Virus record (IMG/VR): IMGVR_UViG_3300043177_000234
Length of the DNA: 64,000 nucleotides
DNA from: a virus
Strand: one strand, 5' to 3'
The translations under genes were made by a program, and so were the position numbers. The notes beneath the pieces were generated by a model. The model searched no databases. It was not told the origin of the DNA and worked only from the letters and a program-made list of their open reading frames with translations. Below are positions 7,667-14,833 of this stretch, in pieces (position 1 is the first letter of the stretch; each line of letters starts with the position of its first letter).

Positions 7667-7905
7667 TTCCTTGCTACTCCCAGCATTTCGGTCCGAGCCA
7701 CGTCCCCATCCTCATTCAGATAGTAGAGCCAGCCGGGTTCGAATGTTATTCCGGTTTTAACGATATCTTCGACTTTAGTGCGGGGTCTCTTTTTCGAGAC
7801 GGTCCGACACCGCTTAACTGCTCCGTCACGGGTGATCCAATAGATGTATCCTTTTTCGCGCTTGATTCCGATTTGGAAAAGCACTTCGGTACGACCGGGA
7901 GGCAC
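7657..7905 (-). CDS. Small basic protein with an internal duplication
   Basis: GIKREKGYIYWITRDG and GITFEPGWLYYLNEDG repeats. Confidence 0.6.
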   Translation of the reverse strand: MPPGRTEVLFQIGIKREKGYIYWITRDGAVKRCRTVSKKRPRTKVEDIVKTGITFEPGWLYYLNEDGDVARTEMLGVARKCI

Positions 7906-8292
7906 TCACGCCGCCGCCGAAGGAGCATTCTCCACGGTGAATCCACTCACTTCCGCAACGTCTTCGACCAAAAAGCGTCGACCGAATCCATCCTGCTCCA
8001 CGCGAACGCGGGCGCCCTTAGCAAAAAGCACATCAATCTTGTCATTGATGAGTACCTGGGTGCCATCCTGCATGAATACAACGGTCACGTCTGATACGAC
8101 CTGAGATGCGGAGAGTGTGCCTCCTGCATACGAGGGCATGCTGCTGTGCTTAGTGGTGTACTCAATCTTTTCGAGGACACCACTATGAATAACCGTTCTT
8201 ACTGCGCTAAGCTTAGTGGCAAAGCTCTTCGCAGCAAAGAGGCCGGCCACGGCAAGTCCGAGAAGTGCTGAAATCTTAATGACACTATTCAT
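7906..8292 (-). CDS. Hypothetical protein with N-terminal signal/TM segment
   Basis: ORF track; hydrophobic N-terminus. Confidence 0.6.
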   Translation of the reverse strand: MNSVIKISALLGLAVAGLFAAKSFATKLSAVRTVIHSGVLEKIEYTTKHSSMPSYAGGTLSASQVVSDVTVVFMQDGTQVLINDKIDVLFAKGARVRVEQDGFGRRFLVEDVAEVSGFTVENAPSAAA

Positions 8293-8318
8293 TGCTATCC
8301 TCTTTTCTATACTAGAAA

Positions 8319-8384
8319 TCGGTCAAGTGGGTACTGTGGACTGGTTCATTTTTGAGTAAAGATAATCCACAGAAGTCGGACCGA
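8319..8384 (-). ncRNA. Y-RNA-like RNA, free-standing copy 2
   Basis: UCGGUC[C]GA/UUGACCGA; upper stem CUGUGGA/UCCACAG; UUAUC. Confidence 0.8.
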
Positions 8385-8386
8385 AA

Positions 8387-8437
8387 TGGTGGGGGGTGGA
8401 TTCGAACCACCGACGCGGCCAATCTCCGCCTGCTCCC
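8387..8437 (-). ncRNA. Truncated tRNA-like element (one hairpin, T arm, ACCA) between two Y-like RNAs
   Basis: GGGAGCAG-GCGG-AGATTGG-CCGC-GTC-GGTGG-TTCGAAT-CCACC-CCCC-ACCA. Confidence 0.5.
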
Positions 8438-8446
8438 ATAAATAAA

Positions 8447-8525
8447 TTAGGTCTAGTTGATGGCTAGAGTGCCCTGGTGGGCGGTTCATTTTGGGTAAAC
8501 GATAATCTAACCAATTCGGACCTAA
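8447..8525 (-). ncRNA. Y-RNA-like RNA, free-standing copy 3
   Basis: UUAGGUC[C]GA/UAGACCUAA; upper stem UGGUUAGA/UCUAGCCA; UUAUC; loop shares UUUAC(U/C)CAAAA...UGAACC with copy 2. Confidence 0.75.
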
Positions 8526-8530
8526 AGTAG

Positions 8531-8605
8531 TGGTAGCCCCTGCCGGATTTGAACCGACGACCTTATCCGTGTAAAGGATCTGCTCTACCGCTGAGCTAAG
8601 GGGCT
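8531..8605 (-). tRNA. trnV: tRNA-Val(UAC)
   Basis: AGCCCCT/AGGGGCT-ACCA; loop TTTACAC. Confidence 0.93.
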
Positions 8606-8655
8606 GCGGTGCCTTACGTATGCCTTGAACTGCTATATGCTGTAATTAATTACTT

Positions 8656-8727
8656 ATTTGGCAGGGGGGCTCGAACCCCCATCAACTATTTTGGAGACAG
8701 CCATTTTAGCTATTAAACTACACCACT
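8656..8727 (-). pseudogene. Degenerate tRNA-Trp(CCA)
   Basis: GCTGT-CTCCAAA-ATAGT arm and T arm present; acceptor stem poorly paired; no CCA end. Confidence 0.6.
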
Positions 8728-8743
8728 ATCTTGAAGAATGATT

Positions 8744-8870
8744 TAGTGGGCCCGGTGGGACTCGAACCCACACCGCTTTTATTCCAAAAAATGATAACGA
8801 TTCTCTGTCGTACCCAAAGGGTCAGGTGGTGAGAACCACTAGTTTTGTGCTACCGTTACAACACGGGCCC
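8744..8870 (-). ncRNA. tRNA frame carrying a permuted Y-like module (possible GGA anticodon hairpin)
   Basis: GGGCCCG/CGGGCCC acceptor, D and T arms; module GUGGUUCUC-ACCAC-CUGACCC-UUU-GGGU[A]CGA-CA-GAGAAUCGU-UAUC; 3' end ACUA. Confidence 0.65.
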
Positions 8871-8898
8871 GTGTATCAATATTAAACCATACTTCTTG

Positions 8899-9582
8899 AT
8901 GTCTAAAGTCAAGCTCCTCAGCCTAATTCTCGGCTGCCTCTTTCTCCTATTTGCTGGATGTAGATCCAACCTAACTCACGAAGAGTTGCTTGCCTCGCGC
9001 ATTGCCGAAGCAAGGCCGGCGATTGTTCATCTACTTGCGGAAGGTAGTAGTTGCTCCGCGTTTCATGTTGGACACGAGCTTTTTATTACCGCAAGTCACT
9101 GTATCCGTCCCGATACGGAGTACATTATCGTAGATTCTGAGGATAATCCGTATGGGGTTCGCCCGATACTTATTGATAGGGACCGGGATGTGACAGTGTT
9201 TGAGAGTAACGGATTTGAGGGCCAGCCCATGCAATTGTGGAATGAGCAGCTATACGGCTCTCCAAAGATAGGCTCTACGATAGTCAGTATGGGATTTCCA
9301 GGATATTATCTGCAAAACTTTGTTTTCGAAGAGGGTACCGTTCTAGACAAGAGAACTGATAATGGGGTGCGCCTTATCGTTAGTCGCGGAGTAAGTTATC
9401 CCGGAGAATCTGGTGGCCCAGTCATTTCATTGCAGAATGGTCAGGTGGTGGGGTTAGTACATGCATTAGCGGAGCGTATTACCCACATAAATGACGATGT
9501 TCAAGTTCACAACACTTTAAGTCTGTTAGTTGCTTGGTCTGAAATAAGGACAGTCTTAGAGCAAGCTCGTAAGGTTAGATAA
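8899..9582 (+). CDS. Trypsin-like (S1) serine protease, probable lipoprotein
   Basis: FITASHC and GESGGP catalytic motifs; lipobox-like FAGC after a hydrophobic stretch. Confidence 0.85.
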   Translation: MSKVKLLSLILGCLFLLFAGCRSNLTHEELLASRIAEARPAIVHLLAEGSSCSAFHVGHELFITASHCIRPDTEYIIVDSEDNPYGVRPILIDRDRDVTVFESNGFEGQPMQLWNEQLYGSPKIGSTIVSMGFPGYYLQNFVFEEGTVLDKRTDNGVRLIVSRGVSYPGESGGPVISLQNGQVVGLVHALAERITHINDDVQVHNTLSLLVAWSEIRTVLEQARKVR

Positions 9583-9597
9583 CTTTAGGAGTTAACA

Positions 9598-10266
9598 ATG
9601 CTAATACGTAATATTCTAGCAGCTTTCATGCTGCTTGTAGTCAGCTCTTGCGCTATTTTCCGGCCGGCGCCAGTACAGGCTACGGTACAAGAATCGCGGG
9701 GTGCGGTGACGCACATCCTCTATGGGCAGCGTTCCTGCACAGCATTTCATATTGGGGATGGAAGATTCATAACTGCCGCACATTGTTTCGGAGAGGATCT
9801 TGGAGGACCCATGGATGAGGTCCGCATGGTCAATGAACGCAATTTTCAATACTTCCCGAAAGTAGCGAAATTTAATAAGGCAAAAGATCTGGTGCTTTTG
9901 CTGGCCCCTGACTTTAAAGGGCCAGCGCTGTCCTTGTGGGATGGTGGATGGGACGGTCACATTCCGCGCGGAATGGAGCTCGTGGCTCTAGGATATCCTG
10001 GGTACTATGGTCTAGATTTCATCTTCGAGCATGGATTTATCAAAGATATAGTTAACTTTGAAGGGGTCGAGATGGTTGTCTCTGAGGAGGCGTCTTACTC
10101 CGGCGAGTCTGGTGGCCCCGTACTTTCTACTGCAAATGGAAAGGTTATCGGTATGGTAGATGCTGGTATAGAGCTTATTAATTGGCGTCGCTTTCCAATG
10201 CATGAGCATGTAAGCATTTCACTATTTGTGAGTGCCATGGAAATACGTGCTTTTCTAGCAAAGTAA
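9598..10266 (+). CDS. Trypsin-like (S1) serine protease, probable lipoprotein, paralog of the upstream gene
   Basis: FITAAHC and GESGGP; lipobox-like VSSC. Confidence 0.85.
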   Translation: MLIRNILAAFMLLVVSSCAIFRPAPVQATVQESRGAVTHILYGQRSCTAFHIGDGRFITAAHCFGEDLGGPMDEVRMVNERNFQYFPKVAKFNKAKDLVLLLAPDFKGPALSLWDGGWDGHIPRGMELVALGYPGYYGLDFIFEHGFIKDIVNFEGVEMVVSEEASYSGESGGPVLSTANGKVIGMVDAGIELINWRRFPMHEHVSISLFVSAMEIRAFLAK

Positions 10267-10272
10267 ACTGCA

Positions 10273-10458
10273 TCATCTACGCGGACGTGAGCGCCGGGAT
10301 TTCTCGGCGCTTTTCGTTTGCTCGGAAGCGGCACGCAGCTTTTCTTTAAGACTATCCAGTGCCCACTTGACAGCGACAACACCATCATGACCTATATCGT
10401 AGGCTGATTGCTCTAGGCGCACTTCCTCTATCAGTTCTTCGATTTGTTTTATTTTCAT
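10273..10458 (-). CDS. Small hypothetical protein
   Basis: MKIKQIEE... starts just after tRNA-Gln. Confidence 0.45.
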   Translation of the reverse strand: MKIKQIEELIEEVRLEQSAYDIGHDGVVAVKWALDSLKEKLRAASEQTKSAEKSRRSRPRR

Positions 10459-10463
10459 ATAAG

Positions 10464-10540
10464 TGGTTGGGGCGGCAGGACTCGAACCTGCAATAACTGG
10501 AATCAAAATCCAGGGTCCTAGCCAATTAGACGACGCCCCA
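10464..10540 (-). tRNA. trnQ: tRNA-Gln(UUG)
   Basis: TGGGGCG/CGCCCCA-ACCA; CTGGA-TTTTGAT-TCCAG. Confidence 0.95.
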
Positions 10541-10873
10541 GCGAAGTTTCCCCGCTATGATTGAGTCGATGCGCGGGGTGTGCATCTGCCATCCGATCAA
10601 ATGGCGTTGCTTAAAATGATCGCCCGACGCTAATTTAAGAATAGGCGGTAGCGCAACCATACGCTACTTTGCCTCCGAGTTTATAAGGCTCGGTGTCGGC
10701 AGTTATTTAGTGACCACCTGATGGCTTAATGGATCCATCACCCAAGTGGTGGTGCCTAACGGGCACCAGTCGGTCTTTAGGCGACGGCCTTCCAGTAGCC
10801 TAAGCTTCACAGTATCTGGCAATACTTTTCTGCTGCGCACCGTCCGAGGTTTGAGATCTTAGGTGCCGTGAGA

Positions 10874-10969
10874 TGGTGGGAGGGGTTGGATTTGAACCAA
10901 CTTTAACCAGATAACCTTCTTCTATCGGACAATTCAGTCTAGTAGTTGAAGACGGATTTGTCACTTCCC
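10874..10969 (-). ncRNA. Acceptor/T-arm tRNA-like RNA with a permuted Y-like module and no anticodon arm
   Basis: T arm GTTGG-TTCAAAT-CCAAC, CCCTCCC-ACCA end; module CUUCAACUA-C-UAGAC-UGAAUU-GUC[C]GA-UAGAAGAAG-G-UUAUC. Confidence 0.65.
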
Positions 10970-10972
10970 AAG

Positions 10973-11101
10973 TGGTGGAGGGGGCTGGACTCGAACCAGC
11001 GACACAGGGCATTTCATGCGATAACCGATTTCTGTCGGAACAGGAGTTCAAAAAGTTGAAATCGAATTTGTTCCCTGCTCTACCAACTAAGCTACTCCTC
11101 C
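10973..11101 (-). tRNA. trnF: tRNA-Phe(GAA) with a 53-nt permuted Y-like insert (11020-11072) in the anticodon stem
   Basis: Removing the insert gives a 76-nt tRNA with GGGGC-ATGAAAT-GCCCT arm, GTGTC variable loop and ACCA. Confidence 0.78.
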
Positions 11102-11108
11102 AAAAAAA

Positions 11109-11393
11109 TCACTCCAGAGTCATGCAGCTAGTCGGAGGGCTATCGCAAGAAGCGGTGGCCAAATCAACTTCGCATGTCTTAATTTCCTTGACTGAAGACT
11201 TGATATCGTGATCGCATACTCGCTCCGACGCGAGTACTTCAAGACACTCCTCTACAGGCTGACCTGTGCACTCCGACGCCTTGCTACAATATGCTGCCAT
11301 CATGGTACGACATGCACCTTGTTTTTCTTCTTGCGATTCCTTGCAGGCAGAAATCGAGAGGAGTACAAATACATAAAGCAGGATCTTTTTCAT
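11109..11393 (-). CDS. Small Cys-rich lipoprotein
   Basis: MKKILLYVFVLLSISAC lipobox; multiple Cys. Confidence 0.7.
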   Translation of the reverse strand: MKKILLYVFVLLSISACKESQEEKQGACRTMMAAYCSKASECTGQPVEECLEVLASERVCDHDIKSSVKEIKTCEVDLATASCDSPPTSCMTLE

Positions 11394-11411
11394 TTTCTAT
11401 TTCCTTTGTTA

Positions 11412-11534
11412 TGGCGGCGACATCCCGAATCGAACGGGAAACGCGCGTTTAACAGACGAGAATAATCTTCAATCGGACCTCGGGTCGAGTGGCGAAGATC
11501 ACTTTTTCGTGTGATACCATTTCACCATATCGCC
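11412..11534 (-). tRNA. trnN: tRNA-Asn(GUU)-type gene with a 49-nt permuted Y-like insert (11459-11507) in the anticodon stem
   Basis: Removing the insert gives a 74-nt tRNA: GGCGATA/TGTCGCC-GCCA, CGCGT-CTGTTAA-ACGCG (5 of 5 pairs), G73. Confidence 0.8.
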
Positions 11535-11615
11535 ACATGAGGGTGCTTTTTGGTTTTCAGAAGTTTCCCCCTACGCCTCAGGCAGCTGATAGTTTTCTAA
11601 CCGCCACCTCAAAAT

Positions 11616-11748
11616 ACTTCCTAGCAGGACTCGAACCCGCACAGATCATATCGATAATTCATACCATCGGACAGAGTCAATAACCGGTATGGTCGGCTGG
11701 TCACCAGATTTCTCTGGTCGTACTTACCAATTAGTACGATATAGGAAG
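11616..11748 (-). ncRNA. tRNA-like RNA with a permuted Y-like module in place of the variable region
   Basis: CTTCCTA/TAGGAAG acceptor, extended D hairpin TCGTACT/AGTACGA, T arm GCGGG-TTCGAGT-CCTGC; module CAUACC-GGUUA-UUGAC-UCU-GUC[C]GA-U-GGUAUG-AA-UUAUC; no CCA. Confidence 0.65.
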
Positions 11749-11750
11749 GT

Positions 11751-11828
11751 TGGTCAGAGTGGTGGGATTCGAACCCACACGGTATCCAGTTCCCAAAACT
11801 GGCGGCCTACCTCGTGGCCCTCACTCTG
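11751..11828 (-). tRNA. trnP: tRNA-Pro(UGG)
   Basis: CAGAGTG/CACTCTG-ACCA; CCAGT-TTTGGGA-ACTGG. Confidence 0.9.
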
Positions 11829-12367
11829 ATAAACTCGTACACTCTTTCTTCTATGAGATTCCTATATCTCGAATGCCAGTATTGGTGATGTGTTGGGCAT
11901 AGCGGCACCAAATTATCTGGATTATTGTTGTCCCTATCCTCATCCATATGGTGGACTTCTACGATTAGGCTCTCTTCGCAGACGGCACACTTCTTTTTAT
12001 TATTAGCGAAACACACTGTCCTGTAATTCTTAGGAGATCTGACTTCCGGCCCCTTCCTAAAGAATTTATTTGCACATGCATAGGAGCATGTAGCTTTGCT
12101 CTTAGCGGGAGACGCTGGAGTAACAAATTCTTTATTGCAAACGGGGCAATTCTTATTAAGACGTTCGCATTTATACCTTGGCTTACCGAAATGAGTCGTT
12201 GAGAACCCTGTACACATCTGCTTTGCTTTTCTTATACCAGAACCGTTATTCGGAAAACCTAATCCGGTAGCCACATCAGAAAAAGAATTTGATCTTTTAA
12301 TCAGATCAACCAAGAAAACGTCCGGCATGCGCCATTTATAGGCTTGGCGCATGCTATTGGACGACAA
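11807..12367 (-). CDS. HNH homing-type endonuclease
   Basis: CAVC...EVHHMDEDRDNNNPDNLVPLCPTHH; 3' end overlaps the tRNA-Pro 5' end. Confidence 0.85.
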   Translation of the reverse strand: MSSNSMRQAYKWRMPDVFLVDLIKRSNSFSDVATGLGFPNNGSGIRKAKQMCTGFSTTHFGKPRYKCERLNKNCPVCNKEFVTPASPAKSKATCSYACANKFFRKGPEVRSPKNYRTVCFANNKKKCAVCEESLIVEVHHMDEDRDNNNPDNLVPLCPTHHQYWHSRYRNLIEERVYEFIRVRATR

Positions 12368-12376
12368 TTTATTTAT

Positions 12377-12577
12377 TCACATGTCGTACGTCTCAAGCAC
12401 ATCGACGATAGTAGGACGAGACGTATCAACCTCGACCGGGCCATTTACTTCGATGCGATCCCACTCATCATCATCAATGCCGTCCTCGCCAAAGTAACGA
12501 GCTACAAATTCAGGCTCATCATCGATATGCATAACAAACGTGTGGTCTGCACTCTGATACACAACCAAGGTCATCAT
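12377..12577 (-). CDS. Small acidic hypothetical protein
   Basis: ORF track. Confidence 0.5.
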   Translation of the reverse strand: MMTLVVYQSADHTFVMHIDDEPEFVARYFGEDGIDDDEWDRIEVNGPVEVDTSRPTIVDVLETYDM

Positions 12578-12579
12578 AT

Positions 12580-12873
12580 CTATACCCAGCTTTCCTTTAA
12601 AAAGTTTATTGTTCTGTGTTGACGGTCAAATGCCTTTTGGCGACGAAACTCCCTTACACGTACTCTGAACAGGAGATATGCTAAAATGCCCTCAGACAAA
12701 GATAGGGTAAAGTCCGGTGCATCACTCAGGTATAGTCTGAACATATGTCCGCCATACCTGTTGGGCACATACTGCGGCGCGTACGCAATGCTTTTACGGC
12801 CTGTATCAAACTCGCGCACCAGGGAATAGGTGTCATCATGGTCAACAACCCTCCACATACTTGGCTCGCGCAT
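12580..12873 (-). CDS. Hypothetical protein
   Basis: ORF track. Confidence 0.5.
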   Translation of the reverse strand: MREPSMWRVVDHDDTYSLVREFDTGRKSIAYAPQYVPNRYGGHMFRLYLSDAPDFTLSLSEGILAYLLFRVRVREFRRQKAFDRQHRTINFLKESWV

Positions 12874-13164
12874 GCTTCACACTAGCCGTCGAATGTATGG
12901 TGTTTCGTCGAGCTTGATTATGTTACTCATAGACATTGCTGAGCAGGATGTTTGTGGTATTTGCGCTTCAGCCGGTAGCCTGGTCACTGGGCGAGTCCTC
13001 CGGCACGGTGACGACAAGCGCCGCAAACTAACTCATAAATTCGGCCCATGATTGAAATGCGGCATCTTTTGCTCTGCCATCCTGTTGGTATTGGACAAAG
13101 ATCGCGCCATTGCCCAGCTGACGCGCGTTAATATTCGCTACGCTCATGGAACCTCCTGTAAAAT

Positions 13165-13239
13165 TGGTGACCCGTGAGGGAATCGAACCCTCGTTACAGG
13201 AATGAAAATCCTGCGTCCTTGCCGCTAGACGAACGGGCC
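13165..13239 (-). tRNA. trnE: tRNA-Glu(UUC)
   Basis: GGCCCGT/ACGGGTC-ACCA; CAGGA-TTTTCAT-TCCTG. Confidence 0.95.
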
Positions 13240-13315
13240 GTACCAGCGTAACGTGCTGGAGTCGCTGCATCTGGTTGTACTGCACAGTGACCGGCTTGTC
13301 CTAGCAGGAGGATGC

Positions 13316-13391
13316 TGGTGGGTCAGGTGGGAATCGAACCCACGACTTCCGGATTAAAAGTCCGTTACTCTTCCGGCTGAGTTACTGACCC
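13316..13391 (-). tRNA. trnK: tRNA-Lys(UUU)
   Basis: GGGTCAG/CTGACCC-ACCA; ACGGA-CTTTTAA-TCCGG. Confidence 0.95.
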
Positions 13392-13456
13392 GGCGTGGCA
13401 ATTCGAACTGCCGACCTTCACGTTCGTAGCGTAACGCTCACTGAGCTAATGGGGCT
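13392..13456 (-). pseudogene. Decayed tRNA-Arg(ACG)
   Basis: TTACG-CTACGAA-CGTGA arm and partial T arm; D loop and acceptor 3' strand deleted. Confidence 0.55.
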
Positions 13457-13529
13457 CGGTGACGCCGAGTGTGTGGGCTTATGCCCGCCGAGCGGGCCCC
13501 TAGACAATTAATTTTTTATCTGCTACAAT

Positions 13530-14195
13530 CTACAGCATTTGATCATTATCTTTGTGGGAATGTCTGAGAAGAAGACTTACGCCAAAGATTAGGATTGCGA
13601 TTGGAAGCATCCCGTGCAACTTGGCGGTTGCAATAATTACCAGCGCGGCGCTTAATATGACGGATGTGTTAAGAGCCATTTTCGTCGCCCGAGCATGACC
13701 GAATTTCAGTTGCAATGCGGCCCTAAGAATACGACCTCCGTCCATTGGAAATATGGGCAACATATTGAAAATTACTATGGCAATATTTGTCACTCCTAGA
13801 GTAGTCAGTATTGTAACTCCCGAAATGAGCATCCTGCCTGACGCCACGCTGGCAACGGCGGCATCCAGAAGGAGTGCAGCAGCGGCAATTGCCGCACTTA
13901 GCGCCGGACCCGCAAATGCAATTATGACCTCCTGCTTTGGAGTAACTCCAGTTAAATCTAATGATGCAGCTCCGCCAAAGTAGTGCAGTACAATCTTCGT
14001 AGATGGTAATCCGTACTTGCGGGCAGCAAGTACATGCGCATATTCGTGAGCTAGTATCGAAGCAAAGAGCATGATTGCCAATACGACTCCTGCTGCGCCC
14101 AAAGAGAATATCATTCCGCCAACAGCGAGGAGTATGCTCCAATGTAGGAAGACTGGCACACCCAAAGCAGAGCCTAATTTAAGAGACGATCTCAT
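13530..14195 (-). CDS. M50-family (site-2/SpoIVFB-like) membrane metalloprotease
   Basis: HEYAH and NMLPIFPMDGGR motifs; multiple TM segments; own ATG at MRSSLKLG. Confidence 0.88.
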   Translation of the reverse strand: MRSSLKLGSALGVPVFLHWSILLAVGGMIFSLGAAGVVLAIMLFASILAHEYAHVLAARKYGLPSTKIVLHYFGGAASLDLTGVTPKQEVIIAFAGPALSAAIAAAALLLDAAVASVASGRMLISGVTILTTLGVTNIAIVIFNMLPIFPMDGGRILRAALQLKFGHARATKMALNTSVILSAALVIIATAKLHGMLPIAILIFGVSLLLRHSHKDNDQML

Positions 14196-14675
14196 TCCCC
14201 CCCCCCATCGCGCAACCTCGTGAATAAATCTCTTTCTACCCGACATAAAAGTCCACCGTAAAACGGCACCATACCTACTATGACGGGAGTGCTGCACCCA
14301 CCTTTGATCTATCTCGGGTATTGTAGCTAAGGTATCTAAATAGAATCCCCATCTGGCCTCCGGTATTAATGCTCCGAAATACACGTGGTATGAGTTGCCG
14401 CTGCTATAGATGCAGTATGGTGCCCCCGCAGAATTCATATTTGCAATAGAGGAGCAGATGGTCCTAACTCGCTCTAGGCTTGGCCGGCCGATAAAATCTA
14501 TCATTGGCAGATGCACTCTTCTACGCGAATCACTTAACAGCAGACCGGAGGCTATGCCAATCTCGTATCCCGGTCTTATGTTGAAACTGGCGAGCAGCGC
14601 GCCAAACTGAGATTCGTCCACCAACTTTCCTAGATCAATATCGACCAAGCTCTGGGTATTATTTGTAACGTACAC
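14196..14675 (-). CDS. Hypothetical protein, possibly primase (AEP)-like; fused to M50 in the ORF track via a poly-C run
   Basis: HLPMIDF...SSGNSYHVY...DQRWVQHS. Confidence 0.45.
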
Positions 14676-14833
14676 GCCTGGATCAACTGCCGGATAATCG
14701 ACGGGGAATAATGTGCATAGAGTTAATTTCCACTGCGACGCACATTCCCTAATAATTTTAGCTACAAATCTGTAGGGGTGGTTGCTGCAAAGCGCTCATA
14801 TTCCGAAGGCTGCGGGCGCATAAAATTCATGGT

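Noticed and set aside
11535-11615. Hammerhead-like ribozyme in the spacer between the two Y-bearing RNAs
   Set aside because: CUGAGGC does not fit the CUGANGA core, and three stems could not be built around the GAAA.
13530-14675. Novel fusion of a primase-like domain to an M50 protease
   Set aside because: The junction is a run of 9 C (GGG-M) and the M50 part has its own ATG; most likely a homopolymer indel joining two genes.
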